This document shows positions 35,400 through 46,565 of a stretch of 64,000 nt of DNA, piece after piece. Location of the stretch: positions 203,485 through 267,484 of the forward strand of contig JACROF010000012.1 of NCBI GenBank assembly GCA_016214555.1, given 5' to 3'. Position numbers and translations under genes: made by a program. Every line of letters starts with the position of its first letter. The first letter of the stretch is position 1. The stretch is from Candidatus Levyibacteriota bacterium. Lineage in GTDB: Bacteria; Patescibacteriota; Microgenomatia; Levybacterales; UBA12049. The notes below the pieces were generated by a model. That model made no database searches. It saw only the letters and a list, made by a program, of their open reading frames with translations, and had not been told where the DNA came from.

Positions 35400-35983
35400 T
35401 TAAGTTTAATTCTAGTTAGATTGAGCCACTTTTTACCTTCAAGCATAGATTTATCTTTTCCATCATAGTCAAGATAGCCATTTACTTTCCTTAGATCACT
35501 AATTGATTTTATAAATGCTATTGTTACGTTATCCCCGCTTTGATAGACAAGTTCATTTTTATCATATTTGATCGTGTTTTTTGGTATGGACATAACTTGA
35601 TCTATGGTTTTTGCGTCTGTGATAATATCAACGCTGGCAATTTTGTTAGATTCAAAATAAAGTACCGGATTATTATTTGCATTTTTAGCATCTGGAATTA
35701 AAAACTCTTCTGGAATCGATGTAATATTTTTATTAGCAATACCAGCTTTATTATAAAGAATACTTCCATATGAGTAGAATTCTCTAAATTTCCAAAATAC
35801 CTGAGGATTGATAGGGTCGTCTATAAGGGTATGCATAAACATTTCCCATTCTTTTTCACGATCCATTTTCAAAAAGGATGATGTCTTAGGGTTTAATAAG
35901 AAAAAGGATGCTAGAATTATGCCAAAAATAAGAAAAAACATTAGGTTGTCATGTGATGTTTTTATTTTTTGTGTTTTGTCCAT
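35396..35983 (-). CDS. Hypothetical single-TM protein
   Basis: 195-aa ORF with N-terminal TM, opposite to the cluster orientation. Confidence 0.75.
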   Translation of the reverse strand: MDKTQKIKTSHDNLMFFLIFGIILASFFLLNPKTSSFLKMDREKEWEMFMHTLIDDPINPQVFWKFREFYSYGSILYNKAGIANKNITSIPEEFLIPDAKNANNNPVLYFESNKIASVDIITDAKTIDQVMSIPKNTIKYDKNELVYQSGDNVTIAFIKSISDLRKVNGYLDYDGKDKSMLEGKKWLNLTRIKLN

Positions 35984-36006
35984 AGTTCTTATATAATTTT
36001 TGTATA

Positions 36007-37698
36007 ATGAAAATACTCAGAAGTGATCTGGCTGCTCTTTTATGTATTTTATTGTTTTCTGCACTTTTCGTATCAGATCTTTTTATCTCAAAAGGGCTTC
36101 CAACAACTTTTGATAATCCCTTTCATACAACAAATATCACTCAATTTTTTTTGGCAATAAAAGATGGCGATTTCCCTGTTAGATGGTCTGATGGATTTGG
36201 GAATTATGGACTCCCAATTCCTATTGTAGCACACCAATTAACGAGTTATTTAGGAGCATTACAGCTTTTTTTAGGAATGACTCCTGAGATATCGTTAAAA
36301 ATACTTTACTTCCTCGGTGTATTTTTTTCAGCTCTATTTTTTTATATCTTTATGAGGCTTTATGTTCAAAGAGTATATGCTTTGGTAAGTACATTCATGT
36401 TGACATTCTCCTCATACAGAATATTTGATGTTTATGTAAGAGGGGCGCTTCCAGAAGTTTTTTCTGGGATATTTCTTCCAACTATTTTGATTGGTAGCTT
36501 TCTTTATATAAAGAAACAAAAAATAGCAGGTTTTTACCTTGTAATGATCTCTGTTTTTCTTCTTGCATTAAACCATCCAATGATGCTTTTTCTCTACTCA
36601 TTTATTTTTGTACCTTACATAATTTGGCTCTTGTTAGCAGATGAAAAAATTACTATTTCTACACTATTGAAAACATTTACAAGTAGAAAGGCAGTTATAT
36701 TGGTATTTTCCGGATGTGTAGGAGTTATGATGGCTTCATTTTACTTAATTCCACTAACGAAGGAAATAAAATATTTTTATTTTGGGCATCTAGATAATCC
36801 ATTTAATAAAAATAGCTTTTTATCACTGGCAAACATATTTAGCAACACATGGCCGTATTTTACAGATAAAGAAATTTCACCACGAGGACATGTAGTACTA
36901 CTTGGTTTAGTTGAATCATTTTTGGTGCTATTTGGTGCAATTATTCTTATTATAGAAAAATTTAAAAAAAAGGGAAAAATCGGCACATCTTTACTTTTTT
37001 TTGCAATACTTGAGTGTTTTTTTCTCCTATTTATTATGTCTCCATTTGCATCCACTTTATTTACATCAAATAAATTTCTAGGAAATATTCAGTTCCAATG
37101 GAGAATTTTATCAGTATTTATTTTTATCCCTCCGATCATTTTGGGTTATAGCTTATCAAAATTTCATAAGAACAGCTTTGTTATTGTAGCTATCGTCGTA
37201 ATTTCATTCATCAGTTTTCCTCAAATTTATGGTAAAAATTATCAAGTGATTAATGAAGGCGTATACTATTTTACGCCATATAATGTTCATTCAATTATGA
37301 TGAACACCATATGGACTGGCAAAACAGAAGAGTACCCAGTTCGAGGAAATAAAAGTGATATTATTGATGGAAAGGGAAAAATCGATCAACTATTTGTTTT
37401 AAATTCAAAAAGAGCCTATCAAATAGATGCAAAAACTCCACTTAGGCTAGTTGATTACACTTTTTATTTTCCAGGATGGCAGGTCAGCGTAGATGGTTCT
37501 CCAAGCGATATTGAATTTCAGGACCCTCAATTTCGAGGTGTAATTACGTATCATGTGCCGCAAGGGAAACATAAGGTATTAATAGAATTTAAAGAAACAA
37601 AACTTCGCTTGTTTGCTGATATAATAAGTATGGTTGGGTTGATGTTATTTATCATGTTGTTATTTTTAAAAAATAAGATCAATAGATTCATTTCATGA
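36007..37698 (+). CDS. YfhO/PTPS-related GT-C membrane protein
   Basis: TFD..FH, FPVRW.D.F..YG.P, YVRGALPE, QFQWR and YFPGW motifs. Confidence 0.85.
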   Translation: MKILRSDLAALLCILLFSALFVSDLFISKGLPTTFDNPFHTTNITQFFLAIKDGDFPVRWSDGFGNYGLPIPIVAHQLTSYLGALQLFLGMTPEISLKILYFLGVFFSALFFYIFMRLYVQRVYALVSTFMLTFSSYRIFDVYVRGALPEVFSGIFLPTILIGSFLYIKKQKIAGFYLVMISVFLLALNHPMMLFLYSFIFVPYIIWLLLADEKITISTLLKTFTSRKAVILVFSGCVGVMMASFYLIPLTKEIKYFYFGHLDNPFNKNSFLSLANIFSNTWPYFTDKEISPRGHVVLLGLVESFLVLFGAIILIIEKFKKKGKIGTSLLFFAILECFFLLFIMSPFASTLFTSNKFLGNIQFQWRILSVFIFIPPIILGYSLSKFHKNSFVIVAIVVISFISFPQIYGKNYQVINEGVYYFTPYNVHSIMMNTIWTGKTEEYPVRGNKSDIIDGKGKIDQLFVLNSKRAYQIDAKTPLRLVDYTFYFPGWQVSVDGSPSDIEFQDPQFRGVITYHVPQGKHKVLIEFKETKLRLFADIISMVGLMLFIMLLFLKNKINRFIS

Positions 37699-39419
37699 AG
37701 ATCATCAATACATATAAATTTCTTCTTGTCATTATTTTTTTTAGTTTTGTTTTCAGGGGGTTATACCTAAATTATGTTCCAACGGCGACAAACAATGATC
37801 AACTCCATTATCTCCTTGATGGTAAGTCAATGTATGTAACAGGCAAAAACCTTGCAGGAGATAGATCACTTTTTGATATCTTAATGTTTCATTACCCAAA
37901 AAATGAAACAGTTCAAGCTGAGCTTCCTTATATTTTTTCGATAATTACTGTTGGCCCTTTTTCATTTTCCCTTGCTCATGCAGCTATGCTTAGTGTCTTT
38001 TTAGGAGTAGGTGTCGTGATTTTGCTGTATTTCATAGGTAAATTTCTTATTAATGAAAAATTTGGAGTTATTCTTGCTCTCCTTGCTTCATCCAATCCAT
38101 GGTTTATCTCAATGAGTAGGAGCTCGTATGAAATGATCTCAGCGACATTTTTTTACCTACTTACTTTTTTTATATTTCAGATAGCTAAAGGAAAATATTT
38201 ATATCTTGCAATCCCAGCGATGCTTTTAAGCTTTTATTCTTATATTGGAACAAAATTAATATTTTTACCCTTTGTTGCAATCTGTATTGTATATTCGTAT
38301 CTAGTTCTTCAAAAGAAAAAGTATAAAAAGGAATTTATTATCATTTTTTCTTTTTCAGTTCTGTTGATGGCTTTTTTCTTTTTTCAACTTTCTAGACAGC
38401 CAGAACTTTCAAGGGTTAATGAACTTTTTTTACCATGGAATTCACATGTCACCAAAAACGTTGATCATCTAAGGCATGTGTCTTTAGTGTCTCCTCTGTC
38501 GTCGATTGTTGATAATAAGTACACAGTATATGTGAGGACTGTTATCGCCAATATAGCTAATGTATTTTCTCCTGGTTATCTTTTTGAATATGGTGATTAT
38601 TTTTATTCATTAGAGAGGTACGGAATCTTTCATATCATTGATGCAGCTTTTTTGATTATTGGATGCATTTTTTTCTTTACAAAAATGAAAAAGAAATCAG
38701 TCGTCTTCCTATTTTTAATCGGTATTAGTATTCTTCCTCAAATATTTCATGATCCAGAAGGCACAGGAAATTTTACACCTCACATTACCCTTTTGATCCC
38801 ATTTTTACTTATTGTTATTGCATATGGGATTTATTTTCTTATTGAACTTGATGAAGTTAAGAAATATAGAAAAGTAATTTGTTTATTTATCATAGGAGCG
38901 TACCTAGCATCTCTTTTGCATTTTTCACAAGTTTATTTTTTTCATCATCCTCTTGTTGGGAATATTGTTTCATTTCCAAACAGAGCAGTTGCTTCATATA
39001 TTAGTAGAGCTTCTCAGAGTAAGAAGATTGTTGCACATGTCAGTAACCCTCAGCTGTCAGTTAGAGATTATCTTTTTTATGCAAATGCGATGAATAATAA
39101 AAATGTATCAGAGGTTAGTAGTAAATTGAGGAACAAGAATTACGTATTTAAGAACGTTTTGTTTGTTCAATGTACTGATGAAGTTGATGAGAGAGGCGCA
39201 ACTGTTGTTTATGAATCGATGTGTAATCATAAAACAAAGGAAAATGGTCTTGAACTGGCTCAGCTTCGCGATAGCGCAGCAGCGTACGAAATTAATAATG
39301 ACAATTTGTGTAGTAGGTTTGGGCAAAAAAACTTCATATCCTCTGTTCCTTTCAGAAATTTACATATTGAGGCAATAAGCGATAAAGAGTTTTGTGAGAC
39401 TTATGTTATAAATTTATAA
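37695..39419 (+). CDS. ArnT/PMT-like GT-C glycosyltransferase (divergent)
   Basis: R......P....DQ..Y, NPW....SR...E and FSP.YLF..GD motifs. Confidence 0.75.
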   Translation: MKIINTYKFLLVIIFFSFVFRGLYLNYVPTATNNDQLHYLLDGKSMYVTGKNLAGDRSLFDILMFHYPKNETVQAELPYIFSIITVGPFSFSLAHAAMLSVFLGVGVVILLYFIGKFLINEKFGVILALLASSNPWFISMSRSSYEMISATFFYLLTFFIFQIAKGKYLYLAIPAMLLSFYSYIGTKLIFLPFVAICIVYSYLVLQKKKYKKEFIIIFSFSVLLMAFFFFQLSRQPELSRVNELFLPWNSHVTKNVDHLRHVSLVSPLSSIVDNKYTVYVRTVIANIANVFSPGYLFEYGDYFYSLERYGIFHIIDAAFLIIGCIFFFTKMKKKSVVFLFLIGISILPQIFHDPEGTGNFTPHITLLIPFLLIVIAYGIYFLIELDEVKKYRKVICLFIIGAYLASLLHFSQVYFFHHPLVGNIVSFPNRAVASYISRASQSKKIVAHVSNPQLSVRDYLFYANAMNNKNVSEVSSKLRNKNYVFKNVLFVQCTDEVDERGATVVYESMCNHKTKENGLELAQLRDSAAAYEINNDNLCSRFGQKNFISSVPFRNLHIEAISDKEFCETYVINL

Positions 39420-41012
39420 GTTTTTACTTCTTTTTACACCAATAATAAGAAGAAGAACGATCACTGAGCCTATCGATAGCATATTTGAAAACATTCTTAT
39501 TTTTGTATCTTCAAAGATAATTTCAATAAAATGGTTGCCTTTGTTAATTGTGAAAGTTATCAGTCCTTGATGATGTGGGTCCTGAAATTGAACAGGCACT
39601 TTTTTTCCATCAACATATACATTCCATCCTGGGAAATAGAGTGTATTATCTAATATTGTTAGTTCATCATGGGAGTAGGAATTGAAAGTATGCTTTATTG
39701 ATTTTTTGGATACATTTTTTATTTCACCGCTTCCGCCTATAATCTCAATATTTTTTTTTATTTCTCTTTCTGGATCACCAGGAGACCATATGGGAGTTGC
39801 CTCTGCTCGAAATGTGCTACTCCCACGATAATGCTGATAAAAAGAGTCTTTGTGAGTTTGAGATGGAATTATTTTTATAAAAGGTATCGCATAGAGTATA
39901 GAACAAAAAGCAAGAAGTACTAAAAATTTTATCGATATTTTTTTGTATAGGGATGAAAATAAGACAGCAGTTGAGAGCGATGATAGCATCATAAATCTCC
40001 ATGGAAATTGAAACTTTTTTAAAAAATCACTTTTCTCCCATAGAAAAATAGAAAAATTTGTGCTTAGAAATAATCCAATTAAAAAAACGATGATCCAGAA
40101 TGCTAGTATGGATTCATTAGCTCTTTTTTTAATAAAATAGTACAAACCTAGCACAGCTACTATTAATGCTGGTATTCCCACTTGGGGAGATAAGCCACCG
40201 ATTTTATTTACATCATCATCAAAACCCCACGGTGAATAGAACAAGCTTGTTAGTTGTAAAAAATGATCTTTGTACATATCTTTATGGAAAATAAGAAAGC
40301 TCATGTATTTTGACTCAATAAGTGAGGGTATCCAAAAATAAGATGAAATGCCAAGTCCAAATAGGAGAATAGGAAGCCACGTACGTAATTTGTGTCTTCT
40401 TATAAGGCAATAGAAGACAAATATTGGAGTAATCATTAGACTAACGCCATTATGGGAAAGAAGTATTAGGGTATACGCAAGTATTCCAAGAAGTAGCTTT
40501 TTGTTTTTCGCATCTACAGAGTAAAAGATTAATGGTATCAGGCTATATGCTAATATTTCTCCGATAGAACCTCTCACTAGTGTTGTTAGGAATCGATACG
40601 GCATGACTGTATAAAAAATACTTGATACAAACGCAAAATTTTTATTCGTAAGTTCTTTTGTCCATAGAAACCAAAAAACAGGTCCAAGAATAAACGAAAA
40701 GATAAGTAAGAGCGTATACGAGTTTTCAAGAGATAATCCCAGCAGATGGAAGAGTGCTGTTATGTATCCTGCGAAAGGATAAAATACGAGAAAAATTGGA
40801 GAACCATACCCAAAATTAAGTAGCGGTGCCCATCTGGGAGGAAATTGCATTTCAATTAGTGCATTCGCATAAGCATTTTCTCTAACAATGTGAACAAGCC
40901 CATCGTGGGTTATGAAGAAAGGGTGAAAAAAAATTGGTAAAAGTAATACAAGTGAAAATACGATAAGTATACTTACTATCCATAATGATGGTAGGTGAAG
41001 CAGTCTTTGCAT
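39414..41012 (-). CDS. YfhO/PTPS-related GT-C membrane protein (inverted)
   Basis: THDG..H, FPPRW...NFGYG.P, VRG..GE, QFPWR and YFPGW motifs. Confidence 0.85.
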   Translation of the reverse strand: MQRLLHLPSLWIVSILIVFSLVLLLPIFFHPFFITHDGLVHIVRENAYANALIEMQFPPRWAPLLNFGYGSPIFLVFYPFAGYITALFHLLGLSLENSYTLLLIFSFILGPVFWFLWTKELTNKNFAFVSSIFYTVMPYRFLTTLVRGSIGEILAYSLIPLIFYSVDAKNKKLLLGILAYTLILLSHNGVSLMITPIFVFYCLIRRHKLRTWLPILLFGLGISSYFWIPSLIESKYMSFLIFHKDMYKDHFLQLTSLFYSPWGFDDDVNKIGGLSPQVGIPALIVAVLGLYYFIKKRANESILAFWIIVFLIGLFLSTNFSIFLWEKSDFLKKFQFPWRFMMLSSLSTAVLFSSLYKKISIKFLVLLAFCSILYAIPFIKIIPSQTHKDSFYQHYRGSSTFRAEATPIWSPGDPEREIKKNIEIIGGSGEIKNVSKKSIKHTFNSYSHDELTILDNTLYFPGWNVYVDGKKVPVQFQDPHHQGLITFTINKGNHFIEIIFEDTKIRMFSNMLSIGSVIVLLLIIGVKRSKNL

Positions 41013-41109
41013 ATAATGATATTCTATATGACTTTATTTATTTCTGTACAGAGATTTTTAGATTATAACTAGTGGAGATCATTTGTGTTTCATGTATAAT
41101 AATATAATT

Positions 41110-41829
41110 GTGAAATTATCGATTATTATTCCTGTTTATAATGAAGAGAAGACAATATCTGAAGTTGTTCGTGAAGTTAACGATGTAGTAATACCTGAGG
41201 TAAAGAAAGAAATAATCATCGTTAATGATTGCTCTACTGATAATACAGAAAGTGTCCTAAATAAGATAAAACAAGCAAGTAAGGATTTGATTATCATTAA
41301 TCATGAAAAAAATAAAGGGAAAGGCGCTGCTGTCAGAACAGGGTTTTCACATGCAACTGGTGATTATGTGATTATCCAAGATGCCGATTTAGAATATAAC
41401 CCTCAAGATTTTAAAAAATTGATTAAGCCGATCGTAAAAGGTGAAGCGCAGGTAGTCTATGGGACACGTTTGAAAAAAATGCCAGACTTGAGCGGGCATG
41501 GAACGATGTCTAAGACAAGATTTCTTCTCCATTTTTTTGGAAACAGGTTTTTGAGTTTGATTACAAGCATCCTTTATCTTCAATGGATAACTGATATGGA
41601 GACTTGTTATAAAATTTTTCCAAGAAAATTTCTTAAAAAAGTAACATTGAACGGTGAAGGTTTTAACTTTGAACCAGAAATAACCGCTAAGCTGGTGAAG
41701 TCAGGATATAAAATTGTTGAACTTCCCATTACGACTAAGCCTCGTGGATATAATGAGGGTAAAAAACTGCAAACATTCCCTGAGGGATTTAGTGCTTTGT
41801 GGACGTTGCTAAAATATAGATTTGTCTAG
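41110..41829 (+). CDS. GT2 polyprenyl-phosphate glycosyltransferase (DPM/DPG-like); GTG 41110 likely start
   Basis: LSIIIPVYNE, N.GKGAA, QDADLEY, DMETCYK and FEPEIT motifs. Confidence 0.9.
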   Translation: MKLSIIIPVYNEEKTISEVVREVNDVVIPEVKKEIIIVNDCSTDNTESVLNKIKQASKDLIIINHEKNKGKGAAVRTGFSHATGDYVIIQDADLEYNPQDFKKLIKPIVKGEAQVVYGTRLKKMPDLSGHGTMSKTRFLLHFFGNRFLSLITSILYLQWITDMETCYKIFPRKFLKKVTLNGEGFNFEPEITAKLVKSGYKIVELPITTKPRGYNEGKKLQTFPEGFSALWTLLKYRFV

Positions 41830-41830
41830 T

Positions 41831-43519
41831 ATGTCAAAAGCTCTCGTTTTTATCAATAAATGGTCAATTGGCATTTTGATTGCAATAACTCTTCTTGCCG
41901 CGATTTTAAGAATATATCATCTTGATCAAGTTCCAATTGGTTTTCATGCAGATGAAGCATATTTTGGATATAATGCTTATTCCATTTCGAAGTCATTACA
42001 AGATGCAACAGGAAATGTTTTGCCACTACATTTAGAATCATTCCTCTATAGTCCTGCTGGATATTCGTACATAGCAATACCATCGATCGTATTTTTCGGA
42101 CTTACTTCTTTTGCAATACGGTTACCAGGAGCACTATTTGGGATTGCGACAATTTTTTTTGTTTTTTTCCTCATAAAAGAGCTGTATAAAGATCAAAAAC
42201 ATAATAATATTCTTGGAATTGTTGTCAGTAGTCTTTTAGCAATTAGTCCGTGGCATATTAATCTCTCTCGAGCTTCAGCAGAGATTGTTGTCGTGGTTTT
42301 TTTAATTATGCTTGGCACATTTTTTTATAGTAAGTGGGTGGATCAGGGGAAAAAACTATTTATCTCTCTTTCTTTTATTTTCTTTACTGTTTCTTATGTT
42401 TTTTATCAAGCGCCTAGAGCTTTTCTTCCATTATTTATTCCTATCCTTTTTCTATTATATCGACCAAAGATTTCCGCCAAAAAGTTAGCTATTTTGATAG
42501 GTGCATATACGATCTGTATCGTTCTTCCAGTTGTAATGGTGCTTACATCAGATGTTCTTTCGTATAGGCTTAAGATGCTTTCTATTTTTAATTCACCACG
42601 GACAAACGCTTTGCTTTTTGAATCAATCACAGAAGATGGCCACCGTCAAAGGCCAGTTGCAGAGGTAAGATTATTTCATAACAAGGTAGCAGGATATGCT
42701 TCAGAAGTATTTACGGGTTACATGAAGCATCTATCATATGATTTTCTCTTCACTGACCAAGGATTTCCAGATAGATATCGTATCCCTAAGATGGGATTAT
42801 TATATATATTTGAATTACCACTTTTGCTGATTGGGATTTATTCGATAATCAGAAATAGGCATAAAATAGGATTCTTGTCGATTGCCTGGATTTTGATAGG
42901 ATTTGTTGGAGCATCTCTTACTTATGATGACATTCCAAATCTTCAGAGGACCCTCATTATATTTCCTGCACTTCATATAATTATTGGATTTGGATTATTC
43001 TATCTTTTTACAAACATCCCTAAGAGGTATCTAGCAAGGGTAAGTATTGCATGTATTTGTGTAGTATTTTATTTTTTCTTTTATTATCTTCATCAATATT
43101 ACTCTCATCAATTTATTCATAAGCCAATTTATAGACAACAAGGTTATGAGGGATTGGTCAATGCTATCCAGCAGGAATTACCAAGTTATAAAAGTATTCA
43201 TATAACATCGAACGAATCTTCCCCTCTCATATTATTTCTTTTTTATCTTTCATACGATCCTCGAGTTTTTCATGCTTATATATCTAGTAGAGAGCATAAT
43301 TATCTCAATGAGGATTTTGGGAAAATTAGTCTTGATAAATACATTTTTATACCAGAGGATTGCCCAAGTGAAAAAAATACTGACCCACTTATTTTATCTG
43401 TTGATTTAGGAAAGTGTGGTGTGTCTGATAAAAAAAATGTAGTTAAGGAAATTATGAGAAGCGATGGTAGTGTAATATTTAGACTTGTTAAGACTGGTCA
43501 AACGCAGGAGTCATTATGA
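41831..43519 (+). CDS. ArnT/PMT-like GT-C glycosyltransferase
   Basis: P.GF..DEA..GYNAYSI and AISPWH...SR...E motifs. Confidence 0.87.
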   Translation: MSKALVFINKWSIGILIAITLLAAILRIYHLDQVPIGFHADEAYFGYNAYSISKSLQDATGNVLPLHLESFLYSPAGYSYIAIPSIVFFGLTSFAIRLPGALFGIATIFFVFFLIKELYKDQKHNNILGIVVSSLLAISPWHINLSRASAEIVVVVFLIMLGTFFYSKWVDQGKKLFISLSFIFFTVSYVFYQAPRAFLPLFIPILFLLYRPKISAKKLAILIGAYTICIVLPVVMVLTSDVLSYRLKMLSIFNSPRTNALLFESITEDGHRQRPVAEVRLFHNKVAGYASEVFTGYMKHLSYDFLFTDQGFPDRYRIPKMGLLYIFELPLLLIGIYSIIRNRHKIGFLSIAWILIGFVGASLTYDDIPNLQRTLIIFPALHIIIGFGLFYLFTNIPKRYLARVSIACICVVFYFFFYYLHQYYSHQFIHKPIYRQQGYEGLVNAIQQELPSYKSIHITSNESSPLILFLFYLSYDPRVFHAYISSREHNYLNEDFGKISLDKYIFIPEDCPSEKNTDPLILSVDLGKCGVSDKKNVVKEIMRSDGSVIFRLVKTGQTQESL

Positions 43520-44433
43520 AAAAAGTTATTGTTTCTATCTTAGATTATAATGGACAGGATAAAACTCTTGCCTGTTTAAGATCGCTTGAAAATCTTGTTC
43601 TTCCTGATATCTTTCTTGAAGTTCTTGTAATAGATAATTACCCTCAAGGAAAATTTACTGTAGATAAAAAGCTCTTTCCATCACTTGAAATAACAATAAT
43701 TAAAACTAAAGAAAACAAAGGGTTTGCGGGGGGGCATAATGTGGGGTTTGAATACGCAATTAAAAAACAAATAGATTTTATTGTCATCTTGAATAATGAT
43801 ACTTATGTTGATAAAAATCTTATTAAGGAGTTAGTGAGATCAGCTGAGGAAAATCCTCAACGCGCAGCTGTAGTTCCAAAAATATATTTTGCAAAAGGCT
43901 TTGAGTATCATAAGGATCGTTATAAAAAGGATGAGCTGGGAAAGGTTTTTTGGTACGCAGGGGGCAGTATTGATTGGGACAATATTAATGGTGTTCACAG
44001 GGGAGTGGATGAGGTAGATAAAAAGCAGTATGATGATGAGCAAGAAACAGAGCTTTTAACAGGCTGCTGCGTATTGTTTAGAACTGATATTCTTCAAAAA
44101 ACAGGAGGGTTTGATGACCGATATTTTCTTTATTACGAAGATGCAGATCTTAATGAGAGAATCCATAGGCTTGGTTTTGTGATTTGGTACAACCCAAATG
44201 CAGTTCTCTGGCATATTAATGCAGGTTCAACTGGGGGGTCTGGATCAAATCTTCAGGATTATTTTATAAGTAGAAACCGCTTATTGTTTGGATTTCGATT
44301 CGCTCGTTTTAGAACAAAAGCCGCACTTTTGAGAGAAAGCGTAAGGATACTTTTCACAGGTCGGAAATGGCAAAGAAAAGGAGTAATAGATTTTTTTCGA
44401 CATAGGTATGGGAAGGGTAGTTTTGCTTTATGA
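43516..44433 (+). CDS. GT2 glycosyltransferase (rhamnosyltransferase-like)
   Basis: N.GFAGG.N, LNND and GGFD..YFLYYED.D motifs. Confidence 0.9.
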   Translation: MKKVIVSILDYNGQDKTLACLRSLENLVLPDIFLEVLVIDNYPQGKFTVDKKLFPSLEITIIKTKENKGFAGGHNVGFEYAIKKQIDFIVILNNDTYVDKNLIKELVRSAEENPQRAAVVPKIYFAKGFEYHKDRYKKDELGKVFWYAGGSIDWDNINGVHRGVDEVDKKQYDDEQETELLTGCCVLFRTDILQKTGGFDDRYFLYYEDADLNERIHRLGFVIWYNPNAVLWHINAGSTGGSGSNLQDYFISRNRLLFGFRFARFRTKAALLRESVRILFTGRKWQRKGVIDFFRHRYGKGSFAL

Positions 44434-45191
44434 AAAAAAATACTTTAACAGGTGTGGTTATAGCCAGAAATGAAGAGGAAATGATAGGCGAATGTCTTGA
44501 ATCCCTTAGTTTTTGTGACTCTATTTTAGTTGTTGATAATAATTCATCAGATAACACTTCAAAAATAGCAAAAAAGAAGGGAGCTAAAGTTGTTTTTGCA
44601 GATTCTCATGATTTTTCAAGACTACGAAATTTTGCTTTGGATAAGATGTCATCTGATTATGTTCTCTATTTAGATGCTGATGAGCGAGTCAGCAAAGACC
44701 TTGCCAGCGAGATACTCAGTGTTCTTGCTGATAAAATTGATGTAGGAGCATTTTTTATACCTCGCCAAAATTATTATTTTGGGAATCATCTATGGCCAAA
44801 GAATGAGCGACTCGAGAGGCTTTTTAAGAAAAGTGCGTTAAAAGAGTGGAGAGGGATTCTTCATGAGTCACCAGTTGTTGTTGGTCCAATTGGCGAATTA
44901 CATAACCCAATTTTTCATTATACCCATAGAAATCTGTCATCAATGGTAGCAAAAACAAATGAATGGTCACTTAAAGAGGCAGAATTAAGACTCCAGGCAA
45001 ATCATCCTCCAGTATCATGGTGGAGATTTCCAAGAATTATGTTAAGCGCATTCCTTCAGTCATATATCAAGCAACAAGGCTATAAAGCAGGATATATTGG
45101 GATAATAGAAAGTATTTATCAGGCTTTTAGCATGTTTATTACTTACGCAAAATTATGGGAGCTTCAGCAGCAGAAGGTAGTAAAGGAATAA
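44430..45191 (+). CDS. GT2 glycosyltransferase (beta-1,4-glucosyltransferase-like)
   Basis: IARNEE..I..CL.S, LDADE and LHE motifs. Confidence 0.9.
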   Translation: MKKNTLTGVVIARNEEEMIGECLESLSFCDSILVVDNNSSDNTSKIAKKKGAKVVFADSHDFSRLRNFALDKMSSDYVLYLDADERVSKDLASEILSVLADKIDVGAFFIPRQNYYFGNHLWPKNERLERLFKKSALKEWRGILHESPVVVGPIGELHNPIFHYTHRNLSSMVAKTNEWSLKEAELRLQANHPPVSWWRFPRIMLSAFLQSYIKQQGYKAGYIGIIESIYQAFSMFITYAKLWELQQQKVVKE

Positions 45192-45194
45192 ATA

Positions 45195-45431
45195 CTAGTT
45201 TGATTTTTTGAGGAATTTTTTCCAGGACTTTATTTCTTCGATCGTCAATTTCTTTTTTGCAAATTTAAAAAGATATATAATCTCAACGATTCCTACCGTA
45301 TTAATTACCAAAATAGCCACAAACCATAATTTTTGATCATTCTTGCTTGATCTCCACAATGCGATACCTTTCCAAACAAGTGACCAAAGTCCGACAACAT
45401 ATAACCATAATGGATAATTTGCAGTTGGCAT
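45195..45431 (-). CDS. DUF5652-like small membrane protein
   Basis: WSLVWKGIALWRS......WF......NT.GI.EIIY. Confidence 0.8.
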   Translation of the reverse strand: MPTANYPLWLYVVGLWSLVWKGIALWRSSKNDQKLWFVAILVINTVGIVEIIYLFKFAKKKLTIEEIKSWKKFLKKSN

Positions 45432-45485
45432 ATTACTATCCTATCATAGGTACTCAACAATTGCAAAACTTGTTACAATAGTAAT

Positions 45486-46565
45486 ATGAAAGTGGCAATT
45501 TTTGATCCTTACCTCGATACGATGTCTGGCGGAGAGAGATATATGCTTTCAATTGCTCTATGCTTACAGAACGATCATCAGGTCTCTATTTTATGGGACA
45601 AGACACCCGAAGATGAGATCATCTCTCTTGCAAAAAAAAGATTTTCGTATGATCTTAGTCAATGTAATTTTGTTCCATCATTTTTTTCTCCTCAAATTGG
45701 GACTTTTGCAAGATACAAGAAAAGCAAGGAATTTGATTTAATTATTTATCTTAGCGATGGGAGTATTCCTGTCGTAGGGTGTAATCTTTTTATACATTTT
45801 CAGTCTCCTATGCCATGGGTAAAAGGGAGGTCTTTGAAAAACATAATAAAATTGAGTCGTGCAAAAAAAATAATCTGTAACTCACAATTTACAAAAAAGT
45901 ACATAGATGAATTGTATGGTGTTAGAAGTATTGTGCTGTATCCGCCAGTATCAATTATGGAGAATTCTGAGTTCAAAAAAGAGAATGTCGTTCTTAATGT
46001 TGGAAGATTTGGAGTTAATCATGCTGGTTCAAGTTATAAAAAGCAGGATATTATGGCAGAGGTTTTCAAGAAAATGTCAGATAAAAATAGTATCAAGCAA
46101 TGGAAGCTGGTATTAGTTATGAGCGTACACGATCAAGATATGGAAAGAGTGGAAGAATTCAAAAAAAAGTATGCAGGTTTACCAATAGATTTTGTTATCA
46201 ATCCAGACAATGATACGCTTTGGGAATATTACAGTAGAGCAAAGATTTATTGGCATGCAGCAGGATTTGGTGAAGATATAATTAACCATCCAGATAGAGC
46301 AGAACATTTTGGAATTTCCACTGTTGAAGCAATGGGAGCTGGAGTAGTTCCAGTTGTTTTTGAGGCTGGAGGACAGAAAGAAATCGTTAAAAACAATGAA
46401 AACGGTATTCTATGGAAAACAAATGAAGAACTTGAGAACGCTACGATTCAGCTAATGAATGATGCCAACCTGTTGAGTAAGCTTTCAAAGCGTGCAGCAT
46501 CAGACGCGAAATTTTTTTCAATTGATACATTTTGCCAAAATGTTCAGACAGTAGTACAAAAATGA
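45486..46565 (+). CDS. GT4 (GT-B) glycosyltransferase
   Basis: GGERY, NS.FT, YPPV and EHFGISTVEAM..G motifs. Confidence 0.92.
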   Translation: MKVAIFDPYLDTMSGGERYMLSIALCLQNDHQVSILWDKTPEDEIISLAKKRFSYDLSQCNFVPSFFSPQIGTFARYKKSKEFDLIIYLSDGSIPVVGCNLFIHFQSPMPWVKGRSLKNIIKLSRAKKIICNSQFTKKYIDELYGVRSIVLYPPVSIMENSEFKKENVVLNVGRFGVNHAGSSYKKQDIMAEVFKKMSDKNSIKQWKLVLVMSVHDQDMERVEEFKKKYAGLPIDFVINPDNDTLWEYYSRAKIYWHAAGFGEDIINHPDRAEHFGISTVEAMGAGVVPVVFEAGGQKEIVKNNENGILWKTNEELENATIQLMNDANLLSKLSKRAASDAKFFSIDTFCQNVQTVVQK

